From contig CAWAPJ010000008.1 of assembly GCA_963783885.1 (NCBI GenBank), positions 1 to 64,000 of the forward strand: 64,000 bases of DNA, read 5' to 3'. This DNA is from Waddliaceae bacterium (GTDB lineage: Bacteria; Chlamydiota; Chlamydiia; Chlamydiales; SLFE01). The position numbers and the translations under genes were made by a program. Below are positions 33,004 through 42,451 of this stretch, one piece after another. How positions within the stretch are numbered: position 1 is the stretch's first letter; every line of letters starts with the position of its first letter. Below the pieces are notes generated by a model. It was not told the DNA's origin. It was given only the letters and a program-made list of their open reading frames with translations, and made no database searches.

Positions 33004-33029
33004 AAGGGAGGTCAAGACCTCCCTTTTTT
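33004..33029 (+). terminator. Intrinsic terminator after hctA
   Basis: AAGGGAGGTC-AA-GACCTCCCTT + T run. Confidence 0.8.
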
Positions 33030-33039
33030 CTATATATGG

Positions 33040-33190
33040 AGAAAATCAGACCGCTTTTTGGCTCTTTCACCGACTTTGGCCATTCGTCACAAATCCCCTA
33101 CTCTAAAGAGTATGTGAGTTTGCGTCGAATGGCCAATCTCGGCAAAATAGCTCAAAAATCAGTTTTGCCTTAGTTTTGCAATTCCCTCTA
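33040..33190. repeat. Palindromic interspersed element
   Basis: TTCACCGA...TGGCCATTCG...CGAATGGCCA.TCTCGGCAAA core; right end shared with 53406-53474. Confidence 0.65.
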
Positions 33191-33217
33191 TGGTATGCTC
33201 TTTGCGAGTGTAAGCAT

Positions 33218-34612
33218 ATGCCGCGAAAATATAAAAATAAAATTGTCGAAACCCAGATAACCCGATTCTCCAATAAGGGAAACGGTTTATCTGAGGATGG
33301 ATATGAGAAAGTAGTCGAAGTTCCTTTTACTATGCCCGGCGATAAGGTGCGGGCGAAGATTGTTCAAAAGCGGTCGGGGAGGTTAAAAGGCATCCTTTCC
33401 GAAATTATCCAACCTTCATCTGATCGAGCCGCTCCAAAATGCGTTCATTTTGGCCTTTGCGGAGGCTGCCGCTGGCAGCATGTTCCCTACTCGATGCAGC
33501 TTTGCAAAAAGCAATCAATCATTGAAAAGCTCTTTGGGCCATGGTTTGCGGAATCTGTTTTGCGCCCCATTATCCCTTGCGACCCTCCCTGGAATTATCG
33601 CAATAAAATGGAATTTTCATTTTCCTCCGATTCCATGGGTAACCGTTATTTGGGGCTGATGATGGACAGCGGACGCGGAAAGGTATTTAATCTCACCGAA
33701 TGCCATCTTCCATCTCCGTGGTTTGCCGGAGTTTTAACTTTTGTCCGCAAGTGGTGGAAAGAGAGCGGGCTTAATGCCTATCACCCGCATAAAAATGAAG
33801 GTTCTTTAAGAACTCTCACACTAAGAGAGGGAGTGCGAAGCGGGCAAAAGATGGCCATATTGACAGTTTCCGGCAATCCCGAATACGCTTTGGACAATAC
33901 ACATTTAATGAGTTTTGTCAAAGCCGTCAGGGAGGCGCTGCCTAATGAGGACCCCAGCGTATTTTTAGTTATCCATCAAATCGCTAAGGGAAAACAGACG
34001 CAGTTTTATGAAGTGCATCTTGGCGGGGAAGAGTTTATCCAGGAAAAATTGAAGGTTAGAGATCAGGAATGGATTTTTCAAATCAGCCCGCGGGCATTTT
34101 TTCAGCCCAATACCTATCAGGCAGAAAAAATTTATCAAAAAGTCATCGAGATGGCCTCGGTTTCTCCAAGCGATATCGTCTACGATCTCTATTGCGGGAC
34201 AGGAACCTTGGGGATCATTGTATCAAAAATGGTCAAACGGGTCTTTGGCATCGAGCTGTCGCCGGAGGCGCTTTTAGACGCTCGCGAGAATGCAAAAATC
34301 AATCAATGCTCGAATATTGAATTCATTCAAGGGGATGTTGGAAAAGTGCTGGGAAGCCAAACATTGCCAAGTCCTGATATCGTTATGGTCGATCCTCCGC
34401 GTGCAGGTTTGGATAAAAAGGCTCTGGAAACAATCGGCGCTCTCAAAGCTCAAAAAATTGTGTATGTTTCCTGCAACCCCGTTACTCAGGCCGCGGGCGT
34501 TGATGAATTAATCAAAATGGGCTATCATTTAAAGGTCATTCAGCCTGTGGATCAATTTCCCCAGACCCTGCATATGGAAAATATCGTATTGTTATGCCGT
34601 TCCAACTCTTAA
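33218..34612 (+). CDS. rlmD: 23S rRNA (uracil-C5)-methyltransferase RlmD/TrmA family
   Basis: CVHFGLCGGC, FFQPN, DLYCGTG, VDPPRAG, YVSCNP, VDQFPQT.H.E. Confidence 0.9.
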   Translation: MPRKYKNKIVETQITRFSNKGNGLSEDGYEKVVEVPFTMPGDKVRAKIVQKRSGRLKGILSEIIQPSSDRAAPKCVHFGLCGGCRWQHVPYSMQLCKKQSIIEKLFGPWFAESVLRPIIPCDPPWNYRNKMEFSFSSDSMGNRYLGLMMDSGRGKVFNLTECHLPSPWFAGVLTFVRKWWKESGLNAYHPHKNEGSLRTLTLREGVRSGQKMAILTVSGNPEYALDNTHLMSFVKAVREALPNEDPSVFLVIHQIAKGKQTQFYEVHLGGEEFIQEKLKVRDQEWIFQISPRAFFQPNTYQAEKIYQKVIEMASVSPSDIVYDLYCGTGTLGIIVSKMVKRVFGIELSPEALLDARENAKINQCSNIEFIQGDVGKVLGSQTLPSPDIVMVDPPRAGLDKKALETIGALKAQKIVYVSCNPVTQAAGVDELIKMGYHLKVIQPVDQFPQTLHMENIVLLCRSNS

Positions 34613-35688
34613 AACAGCATGGAAAAGCCAGACTGGGGCTTATCGAGACCCGTCATGGGGATATCGAGACTCCTGTATTTATGCCTGTCGGCACAAGGGG
34701 AGCCGTTAAAACTCTCACGAACCGCCAGCTGGATGAAATCGGCGTTCCCGTCATATTAGGCAACACCTATCATTTGCTGCTTCGCCCCGGAATGGACATT
34801 ATGGAAAAGGCAGGCGGTCTTCACGCTTTTATGAACTGGCAAAAGCCGATTCTGACCGATTCGGGCGGTTTTCAGGTCTTTTCCCTGGCTAATCTTAATA
34901 AAATTACCGATAAAGGAGTCAAGTTTCAATCCCATATCGACGGAAAATCCTATTTCATCGGCCCCGATGAGAGCATGCGGATTCAAAAGACTCTCGGATC
35001 CGATATTGTCATGGCTTTTGATCAGTGCGCCCCTTATCCCTGCAACATCGAAGATGTCGAAGCGGCGCTTAAAAGGACGACCGAATGGGGCAGAATCTGC
35101 CGGGATTACCCCCTTTCAGACCATCAGAGCCTGTTCGGCATTGTACAGGGAGGCATGCATCCTAACCTCCGCGAACGCTCGGCAAAAGAGCTCGTGGCCT
35201 TAAATTTCGACGGCTACGCAATAGGGGGCCTTTCCGTCGGCGAGCCTGCCGAGATGATGTACGAAATGATCGATGAAACCGAGCCGTTTCTTCCTACCGA
35301 CAAACCGCGCTACCTTATGGGCGTCGGAACCCCCAGCAACATCGTCCAGGCGGTCAAAAGAGGCATTGACATGTTCGATTGTGTGATGCCTACCCGAAAT
35401 GCCCGCAACGGAACGGCCTTTACCTGGAAGGGGAAGATCCACATCAAAGCCGGCCGCTACAGCGATGATTTTTCTCCCCTTGATCCGGAGCTGGACTGTT
35501 ATACCTCGCAATTTTCCAAAGCTTATTTACGACACCTGATCAATGTCGACGAGATCACCGGCCTGACACTTGTCACCATTCAGAATGTCGCTTTTTACAT
35601 CGATTTTATGGAAAAGCTCCGCGCCTCTATCCAGGATGGCTCATTCGACAGCTTTTACGACCGCATCTGTCAAATCTTTCCCGAATGA
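34594..35688 (+). CDS. tgt: tRNA-guanine transglycosylase
   Basis: TPVFMPVGT, LTDSGGFQVFSL, DMFDCVMPTRNAR. Confidence 0.95.
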   Translation: MPFQLLKQHGKARLGLIETRHGDIETPVFMPVGTRGAVKTLTNRQLDEIGVPVILGNTYHLLLRPGMDIMEKAGGLHAFMNWQKPILTDSGGFQVFSLANLNKITDKGVKFQSHIDGKSYFIGPDESMRIQKTLGSDIVMAFDQCAPYPCNIEDVEAALKRTTEWGRICRDYPLSDHQSLFGIVQGGMHPNLRERSAKELVALNFDGYAIGGLSVGEPAEMMYEMIDETEPFLPTDKPRYLMGVGTPSNIVQAVKRGIDMFDCVMPTRNARNGTAFTWKGKIHIKAGRYSDDFSPLDPELDCYTSQFSKAYLRHLINVDEITGLTLVTIQNVAFYIDFMEKLRASIQDGSFDSFYDRICQIFPE

Positions 35689-35690
35689 CT

Positions 35691-35793
35691 ACCGTTTGTA
35701 AGCATGCCGAGACCTATGTTTCTAAAGAACACAGCAGCCCGGAAGCCACTGCAAGTTATCTAGGAACATGAGTCACCGAATGCTTACCACCGT
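35691..35793. repeat. Short palindromic intergenic element
   Basis: GTAAGCAT...ATGCTTAC arms with inner ATGTTTCTA/TAGGAACAT. Confidence 0.5.
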
Positions 35794-35856
35794 TTTTTTG
35801 CCTTAAAAAGGAAATTCAGTTAAAATTTTAGAAAAACATTTAAAAAGGAAAATCAC

Positions 35857-36231
35857 ATGTTTAAATATTTAATTCCCTTTCTTCTTGTCCTTCAGGGACT
35901 GGCCGCTGAAAACGGCGAAGCGCCTCCTGCAAGCGATTGGAGCAGCTATCAGGGTTTGGTCATCATTGTCGTCGGTGTCGTCTTTATGTATTTTATTCTT
36001 TGGCGCCCTGAGCAAAAAAGGCGGAAAGCTTTGGAAGAGCAGAGGTCAAATCTGAAAAAAGGTGACAAGGTGACTGCCGTCGGCATTGTCGGCCAGGTGG
36101 ACACTATCAAAGAGAATACCGTGATCTTGAAAATGATTGACGGAACAAAAATCGAGGTATTGAAAGCGGCGATTTCCGATGTGTTGACCGAAGAGGAAAA
36201 AGAGCCCGAATCCCCAAAAAAAAGTGAATGA
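35857..36231 (+). CDS. yajC: Preprotein translocase subunit YajC
   Basis: YFILWRPEQKRRK...LKKGDKV, downstream of tgt. Confidence 0.92.
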   Translation: MFKYLIPFLLVLQGLAAENGEAPPASDWSSYQGLVIIVVGVVFMYFILWRPEQKRRKALEEQRSNLKKGDKVTAVGIVGQVDTIKENTVILKMIDGTKIEVLKAAISDVLTEEEKEPESPKKSE

Positions 36232-36868
36232 GGCTCAAAGAAGATATCGGCTGGTTGAGGAATTTATCCGTGCACACGGCGTCGATAATGAGCTTGTTTT
36301 AAAAAGCATGGGTGAAGTGCCCCGCCATCTCTTCGTTCCCGAAGATTTAAGGGGCGGCGCCTATGAAGATATCCCTTTGCCGATTGGCTATGGGCAGGTC
36401 ATCAGCCAGCCCTATCTTGTCGGTATTATGACACAGGCTCTGAATCCAAAACGCAATTTCAAAGTCCTGGAAATCGGAACAGGTTCCGGATATCAAGCGG
36501 CTGTCCTGGCACGTATCTGTAGTGACGTATACACTATTGAAAATATCGCTCCTCTTGCTGAAACGGCCATGAAAGTATTTGATGATTTGAATCTGAAAAA
36601 TATTCATCCTCTCATTGGCGACGGTTCTTTAGGCTGGCCCGAAGAGAGTCCTTTTGACGGCATCATTGTCACTGCAGGCGCTCCCGAGGCGCCTTCCGCT
36701 CTTGTCCATCAGCTTGCCGTGGGCGGCAACCTTGTCATACCGATTGGCAATCGAGACGCGCAAAATTTAAGGTGTTTTCATAAAAATGAAGACGGCAGTC
36801 TTACAGAGGAGGTTTTTGACTGGGTGCGGTTTGTCCCTCTGATCGGCCAGCAGGGCTGGCCGGAATGA
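36224..36868 (+). CDS. pcm: Protein-L-isoaspartate O-methyltransferase
   Basis: VPRHLFVP, ISQPY, VLEIGTGSGYQAA, VRFVPL. Confidence 0.93.
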   Translation: MNEAQRRYRLVEEFIRAHGVDNELVLKSMGEVPRHLFVPEDLRGGAYEDIPLPIGYGQVISQPYLVGIMTQALNPKRNFKVLEIGTGSGYQAAVLARICSDVYTIENIAPLAETAMKVFDDLNLKNIHPLIGDGSLGWPEESPFDGIIVTAGAPEAPSALVHQLAVGGNLVIPIGNRDAQNLRCFHKNEDGSLTEEVFDWVRFVPLIGQQGWPE

Positions 36869-38069
36869 TTGGCTCTTGGCTGAATTCGTCAAAAACGTTT
36901 CCGTTGGGATCGACCGCCTGAAATTGCCTCTTGCCTGAAGGAAAAAGCGTGCCGACAATAAAATTTGTCTTTTGAGCGGTTTTAGCTAAATACCACCTAT
37001 CGCGGGGCCGAGCCGGTTTTCGCGGATCGCCCACCCCATAGCCCCCATCTCCCAGATAAAGCACACCTGTGGGGTCGACTTTTCCATTCCGGATGAGTTT
37101 TGAACGTTTATAGGCGTGGTCGTGATTTTCAAAAGCGACGTTGAGGTTGTACTTTTCAAAAAGAGGGACCCAATATTTTCTAATCAACCTGCTGACAGGT
37201 TTATAGGGAGTCCGAACGCTTGGAAATGCCGGAACATGATAGATGGCGATTTTGTGCAAAATGTTTTGTCTGGATTTCAGGGTTTCATCGAGCCAGCGCG
37301 TTTGGTCGCCATAGATAGGGTGTGTGTGGCCCGAATCGAGAAGGAAAATGCTTAAATAGGAGTCGAAATCCAGCACATTATATCCCTGTTTTCCCGGCAT
37401 GGCGAGCAGTGCATAGAAGAAAGGGGCTTGCTTCGGCGTCTGATCGTATCTCCCTTTTGTGTCCTCATTGCTGATTACAGGGAGCATCGGAACCATTCTG
37501 CCGTCCGAAGTGATCATATTGTTTTGCCACGACTGGAGGAAGGCCAGCCAGCGGTTGAAATCTTCGGGCTTTTCCCCATATTTATCGGCCGCGTAGGCGA
37601 TATCTCCTCCGACTAAAGCAAACATAGGATCGAATCTAGCGGCAGCCCGGTTGGTTTTATCGAGAACTTTGATAGAATCGTGATACATATCGCCGCCGGC
37701 GATAAATCGAATGGGCCTTGTCATCCGATCAGGCATAGTGCGGAATTTATAGACCGTCTCGTCATTCGCGACTCTGAAATAGTACTCGGTGTCCGGTTTT
37801 AAGTATTTCAGCTCGGCAGTATGGATTAGAAGATCGTCTCTTCCCTCGGGCAGCTTTTTATGGGATGCCTGTTTGATGTCCCAAAGCAGACTGGAGCATT
37901 CGTGATAAAAAATGTCGTCGAGTGGATCGCTTGCCTTGGAAATCCATTGCACGGTCATGGTTGATTCGGGGTGGCTTTGCCAAGTTAAATAAACTGCGAG
38001 GGGTGGCTCTGCGGCTAAAGACACAGAAAACAGGAAAAAAACGGAAATTAAAAAATATTTTTTCATCAA
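36801..38069 (-). CDS. Purple acid phosphatase-like metallophosphoesterase with FN3 domain
   Basis: Signal peptide, GGD, GGDIAY, SNED, HVP, NHDHAY.R. Confidence 0.8.
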   Translation of the reverse strand: MMKKYFLISVFFLFSVSLAAEPPLAVYLTWQSHPESTMTVQWISKASDPLDDIFYHECSSLLWDIKQASHKKLPEGRDDLLIHTAELKYLKPDTEYYFRVANDETVYKFRTMPDRMTRPIRFIAGGDMYHDSIKVLDKTNRAAARFDPMFALVGGDIAYAADKYGEKPEDFNRWLAFLQSWQNNMITSDGRMVPMLPVISNEDTKGRYDQTPKQAPFFYALLAMPGKQGYNVLDFDSYLSIFLLDSGHTHPIYGDQTRWLDETLKSRQNILHKIAIYHVPAFPSVRTPYKPVSRLIRKYWVPLFEKYNLNVAFENHDHAYKRSKLIRNGKVDPTGVLYLGDGGYGVGDPRKPARPRDRWYLAKTAQKTNFIVGTLFPSGKRQFQAVDPNGNVFDEFSQEPIIPASPAGRSEGQTAPSQKPPL

Positions 38070-38388
38070 ACTTTGCCGATCCTTAACATTATGAATAAAT
38101 ATATCTCTTTAATGTTAAGTATATGTAAATTTTTACCAAATTGTAAGCCTCAAAATGAATATAGAGCAATTTGAAAAATTTTAAGGCAAAGACAAGGGGT
38201 CGCAGGGAGGTGGAAAGTGGGATGAAAAGAAAAACAGCCCCTGCATCCCTGCGACCCCCGAGCCTCCGAGTTTATTTGATTTTGTCATGGGAATTGCTGA
38301 TAAAAATATCTGATTATTAGCGTGTTAAGAAAGTTTGACAACAAGTAGGCCCTATGACTTGATGCAGATGAGGACAAGGAGGTCTTCT

Positions 38389-38781
38389 ATGGTTAGTAAA
38401 TCTAAAAGTATGGCTCTGAACCAGTTGTTTTCTGGTTTGGACTTTCAGGAGTCGATTAACCTCATCCCCGGCTCTATCTATATTAAAGACAAGGAAGGGG
38501 TTTTTCTTTATGCAAACGATGCTCTAAAACAAGACGCAAGGACGAATCTGATCGGTAAGAAAGATTCCGATATGCCCTGGAAAGAGGGGACCGAAGCATT
38601 TAGAGAAAATGACAAGAAAGTGATGAACAGTAAAAAACGATTGGTTTTCATTGAAAAAGCTAAAATAGGCGGCGAAACAAAGACTGTGTTATCAGTTAAG
38701 GCGCCTCTTTACGATGATAATGATACCGTGGTCGGAATCATTGGGCATTCGGTTGACATAGGCGATCTGAAGCTTCTGTAA
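38389..38781 (+). CDS. Stand-alone PAS-domain protein
   Basis: IYIKDKEGVFLYAN...IGKKD...ND..V...K.PLYD....VVGIIG; AGGAGG SD before ATG 38389. Confidence 0.8.
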   Translation: MVSKSKSMALNQLFSGLDFQESINLIPGSIYIKDKEGVFLYANDALKQDARTNLIGKKDSDMPWKEGTEAFRENDKKVMNSKKRLVFIEKAKIGGETKTVLSVKAPLYDDNDTVVGIIGHSVDIGDLKLL

Positions 38782-38789
38782 TTGATTTT

Positions 38790-38826
38790 AAAAAAACCAG
38801 TATGTCCTAAATTTAGGACATACTGG
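38790..38826 (-). terminator. Probable terminator for htpG (30-bp perfect palindrome + T run)
   Basis: CCAGTATGTCCTAAATTTAGGACATACTGG preceded by A7. Confidence 0.7.
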
Positions 38827-38846
38827 GGAAGTTGTTTGAAAAATCT

Positions 38847-40682
38847 TTATTTTTCAGCGGCCTCGCCGGTCAGTTTTTCCAGGATGCGGCTGCTTCTCTG
38901 GATAAAAAGGCTGAATGATTCGGCGTCCATCTCCTTCTGGGAGAGGAGGGCGAGATCGAAAACTTGGTGGACGAGATCTTTGGCAAGCTCCGGATTTTTA
39001 CCGCTCAGCTTCTCAATGGAGGTTATGAGGGGGTTGTTTGTGTTGACCACAAATGTTCTCTTGTCCATCAGGTGCGTTTGGTGGGAAGGATCCATAGCGC
39101 GCATGTAATCCCTCAAGCGGCGCTGGTTCTCATCCATTGTGATGATGCCGGGAATTTGGTCGGCCGCCAGGCTTTTCGCCTGTACGACAATGCTTTCATC
39201 ATCAAATTGGGATTGAATAAAGTCGGCAAGTCGCGACGCTTCTGTTTTTCCCTCTGAGTCAAGAACTGTTTTTTCCCTGTCCTTGTCAATGAGGGTTTCA
39301 TCGATATCGGCGTCGAGGCGTTTGAATGCCGCGGGAGCAATATGCTGTTCGAGAAAATTGATCAGGTAGGGGTCGACGGGGTGGTCGGCAATCAGAACGT
39401 CGATTCCCTTTTGTTTGTAGATGTCGATCAAATGAGTGTTTTGCGTGGCGTCTATCGTATAAAGGATTTTGTCTTGGGTTTTTTCTTTGTTCAGCTCCAG
39501 ATAATCTTCGATCGTTGTCCACTCTTTATCCGCTTTTTTCCAGATGAGGCATTCTTTGACTTTCTGGTAGAATTTCTCATTTTCGACTGCGCCGATTTTC
39601 ACGACGACAGCAAGATCTTTCCAGCAGCTTAAGAATTTATCCCGGCTGTTTCGATAGAGCTGGATCAGACTGTCGGCGACTTTTTTGGAGATATGCCCTG
39701 AAAGCTGCCTGACGGTGCGGTCCATTTGCAGATAGCTTCGAGAGACATTCAGGGGGATGTCCGGACTGTCAATCGCTCCTCTTAAAGGCATGAGAAACTC
39801 AGGGATAACATCTTTGCAGTTATCCGACACAAATACGCGGTTGCAAAAAAGTTTGATCGAACTTTTGCTGAGGTCGATATTTTTTTGCAGTTTGGGAAAG
39901 TAGAGGATTCCTTTTAAGTGAAACGGATAGTCGACATTGAGATGAACCCAGAAAAGGGGATCTTCCTGCATCGGATAGAGGTGGCGGTAAAATTCGAGAT
40001 AGTCGCTTTCTGTCAGTTCCGACGGGGATCTGATCCAGAGGGGCTCTTTTTCATTGAGGCGCTCTCCGTTCAGATAGATTGGGTGGGGGAGGAACTCGCA
40101 GTACTGTTTCAAAACCTGCTTTAAGTGGTGGGCGTCGAGAAAGTCTTCATTATCCTGCGAGATGTGCAGGATGATTTCGGTGCCTCTTTTCTCGCGCTGC
40201 CCCGCCTCCAGAGTGTATTCGGGGGAACCGTCGCAAAGCCAATGTACGGGCTTGGCCTCCGGTTTGTAGGAAAGCGTTTGAATTTCCACCTTGTCTGCAA
40301 CCATATAAGCGGAGTAGAATCCTAGTCCGAAGTGGCCGATGAATTGATCCTGTTCATTTTGCGTCTGGTATTTTTCAATAAAATCTTCGGCTCCGGAAAA
40401 AGCGATCTGAGCGATATATTTTTCCACTTCTTCTTTGTCCATACCGATTCCGGTATCTCTGAAGACGAGGGTCTTTTCATCTTTCTTGATATCGATATCG
40501 ATGCGGAACTCATCATCTTTGGCTTCCGCCTCTCCTTTGTCGCGCAAAATTTTTAGTTTGTGGATAGCGTCGTTTGCGTTGGAGATGAGCTCTCTTGCGA
40601 AGATGTCTCTATCGGAATAAAGCCATTTTTTGATAATGGGAAGAATGTTCTCACTATGAATCTTGAGTTTGCCTGTAGTCAT
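38847..40682 (-). CDS. htpG: Hsp90 chaperone HtpG
   Basis: RELISNA.DA, DTGIGM, IGHFGLGFYSA, DIPLNVSRS. Confidence 0.95.
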   Translation of the reverse strand: MTTGKLKIHSENILPIIKKWLYSDRDIFARELISNANDAIHKLKILRDKGEAEAKDDEFRIDIDIKKDEKTLVFRDTGIGMDKEEVEKYIAQIAFSGAEDFIEKYQTQNEQDQFIGHFGLGFYSAYMVADKVEIQTLSYKPEAKPVHWLCDGSPEYTLEAGQREKRGTEIILHISQDNEDFLDAHHLKQVLKQYCEFLPHPIYLNGERLNEKEPLWIRSPSELTESDYLEFYRHLYPMQEDPLFWVHLNVDYPFHLKGILYFPKLQKNIDLSKSSIKLFCNRVFVSDNCKDVIPEFLMPLRGAIDSPDIPLNVSRSYLQMDRTVRQLSGHISKKVADSLIQLYRNSRDKFLSCWKDLAVVVKIGAVENEKFYQKVKECLIWKKADKEWTTIEDYLELNKEKTQDKILYTIDATQNTHLIDIYKQKGIDVLIADHPVDPYLINFLEQHIAPAAFKRLDADIDETLIDKDREKTVLDSEGKTEASRLADFIQSQFDDESIVVQAKSLAADQIPGIITMDENQRRLRDYMRAMDPSHQTHLMDKRTFVVNTNNPLITSIEKLSGKNPELAKDLVHQVFDLALLSQKEMDAESFSLFIQRSSRILEKLTGEAAEK

Positions 40683-40717
40683 ATCTTATTACCTTTAAAT
40701 TAGTTAGATAAGCTAAT

Positions 40718-42448
40718 TTAAACGCTCTTATTTTTTGTGTCAAGATATGTCAAAAATTCTTTTTTCATTTCAGGGTTAGAAGACAGAAATTCCAAGCAGT
40801 CTTCTTTAAGTTCTGGATGGATAATAAAAATTATTTTCCAATTAAGACACGGAGGGAACCCAAACCCTCTCAACCAGACCCCGCGGTGGTGAAAGAGCCT
40901 GAAATAGTCTTCCCAGCGATGCTGGGGAATAAACTTTGCCCTCTCCATCATGGTGATTTTGTACTTGTCGTTTTCAATCAGATCAAGTTGGGGATAGGCT
41001 TTTGCTAAAAGTTCCGAATCGTAGCGGGTTAGGTCCTCGCGAACTTTTTCGATCAAATATTGTGCGTCTTCATATGGATTCACTTTGAGAAGTTCGATCA
41101 AGGAGTCGATGTGGGAAGAGGGAATTTCGGAAATTGCTTGGCATATATTAGACAGTTTACCTTCAGCTCTTAATTTGGTATTGAACTCATTGTAAAAAGA
41201 GGGACCGCGTTCAAAAGCAGACAGAAGAAGGATTGGAAGTGAAGAAAAATCAGCCCAAAGATAGCGGTACCTTAGAACTTTAGCAAAGTTAACGATTGGT
41301 GAATCTTTGCCATTCATATAATCCTTCAGCAGATCAAGGGTTAAGAGTCTTTTACTCGTGTCAATTTTGTGAAATACCTTTAAATATACAGCGAAACGAT
41401 CGAGATCTTCGGAGATTTTAGCGATGAATGGGTAAATTTTTTCCTGCTCCTTGATGGGAAATAATGCCATGAGTTTTAAATATGAAGCGAGATCACTCTC
41501 ATCATGCAGCGTATATCTACATGCAGCTGATTCTACTGCTTTTAGCGAGAGAGACTCTCCCCGTTGAAAGTCCTTCATGATACGTAAGATTGGAATGAGT
41601 TTACCAGATGTTCTGGGACAGCTGCAATCTACTCGATGAATTCTTTTGATAAACGGCATTGACAGCTTCAGAACACGCGAGAAATTGTGGGGCGGTATGC
41701 TTGTCAATTGATTGATCACAGAATACGAATACCCAAAAAAATCATCAGGGTAAGGTTTCAGAAGGGGGATAGCCGTGTCAATAACGACAGCTCTTTGGGA
41801 CAGAGGGAGTTTTCGGAGAGCTTTTAGAGCTTTGTTTCTCGTTTTTTTCGAGGGGATTTTAATAAGGGCAAAATTTTTGCAGGTTTCCTCCTCTTCCGGA
41901 AGAAGTTTTGAGGTTGTTTTTAATATACGCGCCACTTCGTATCCCTCAGTAATGTCTGGATTATCAGCCATGAGCGACGAGGTTAGCGCTATCGCCTTCG
42001 ACCGGGCTTCCGGGTTTAACCGGTGGACGGCGAAGAAAATATCTTTGATATCTTGTCCACGCATCGTTTCTCGAATCAAGGAAGAGCAGTCTTCTGAAGG
42101 CATTTCTTTGGCGGCCTCGATAAGAATTTCGAGGTCTTCCTGGTTCATTGATCGGTTGACAAACGGCGAGAGGGATTCGACTATAGAATCATCATCCGGA
42201 AGGAGGCACTTGAGGAAAATGCGATTGATTGTTGCGCCGAGGTCTTGATTCCAGAGGAGGACCACTTGCCGGTTCATTTTTTTGAGTTTTTCGAAATGGC
42301 CGTCTTGGAATTTATTTCGGTGATCGTTTAGCCACGACTCGATTTTTGAGACCACCTCCTGCGATTTTCCACGGAGGCCTAGGATTTGTTTGAAAGCCCT
42401 GACGCTGTGGGCTACAGATAATCGATTGACTGTATTATCAAGGATCAT
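40718..42448 (-). CDS. Hypothetical helical protein, tandem paralog 2
   Basis: Full-length similarity to 42452-44233. Confidence 0.8.
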   Translation of the reverse strand: MILDNTVNRLSVAHSVRAFKQILGLRGKSQEVVSKIESWLNDHRNKFQDGHFEKLKKMNRQVVLLWNQDLGATINRIFLKCLLPDDDSIVESLSPFVNRSMNQEDLEILIEAAKEMPSEDCSSLIRETMRGQDIKDIFFAVHRLNPEARSKAIALTSSLMADNPDITEGYEVARILKTTSKLLPEEEETCKNFALIKIPSKKTRNKALKALRKLPLSQRAVVIDTAIPLLKPYPDDFFGYSYSVINQLTSIPPHNFSRVLKLSMPFIKRIHRVDCSCPRTSGKLIPILRIMKDFQRGESLSLKAVESAACRYTLHDESDLASYLKLMALFPIKEQEKIYPFIAKISEDLDRFAVYLKVFHKIDTSKRLLTLDLLKDYMNGKDSPIVNFAKVLRYRYLWADFSSLPILLLSAFERGPSFYNEFNTKLRAEGKLSNICQAISEIPSSHIDSLIELLKVNPYEDAQYLIEKVREDLTRYDSELLAKAYPQLDLIENDKYKITMMERAKFIPQHRWEDYFRLFHHRGVWLRGFGFPPCLNWKIIFIIHPELKEDCLEFLSSNPEMKKEFLTYLDTKNKSV

Positions 42449-42451
42449 TTC

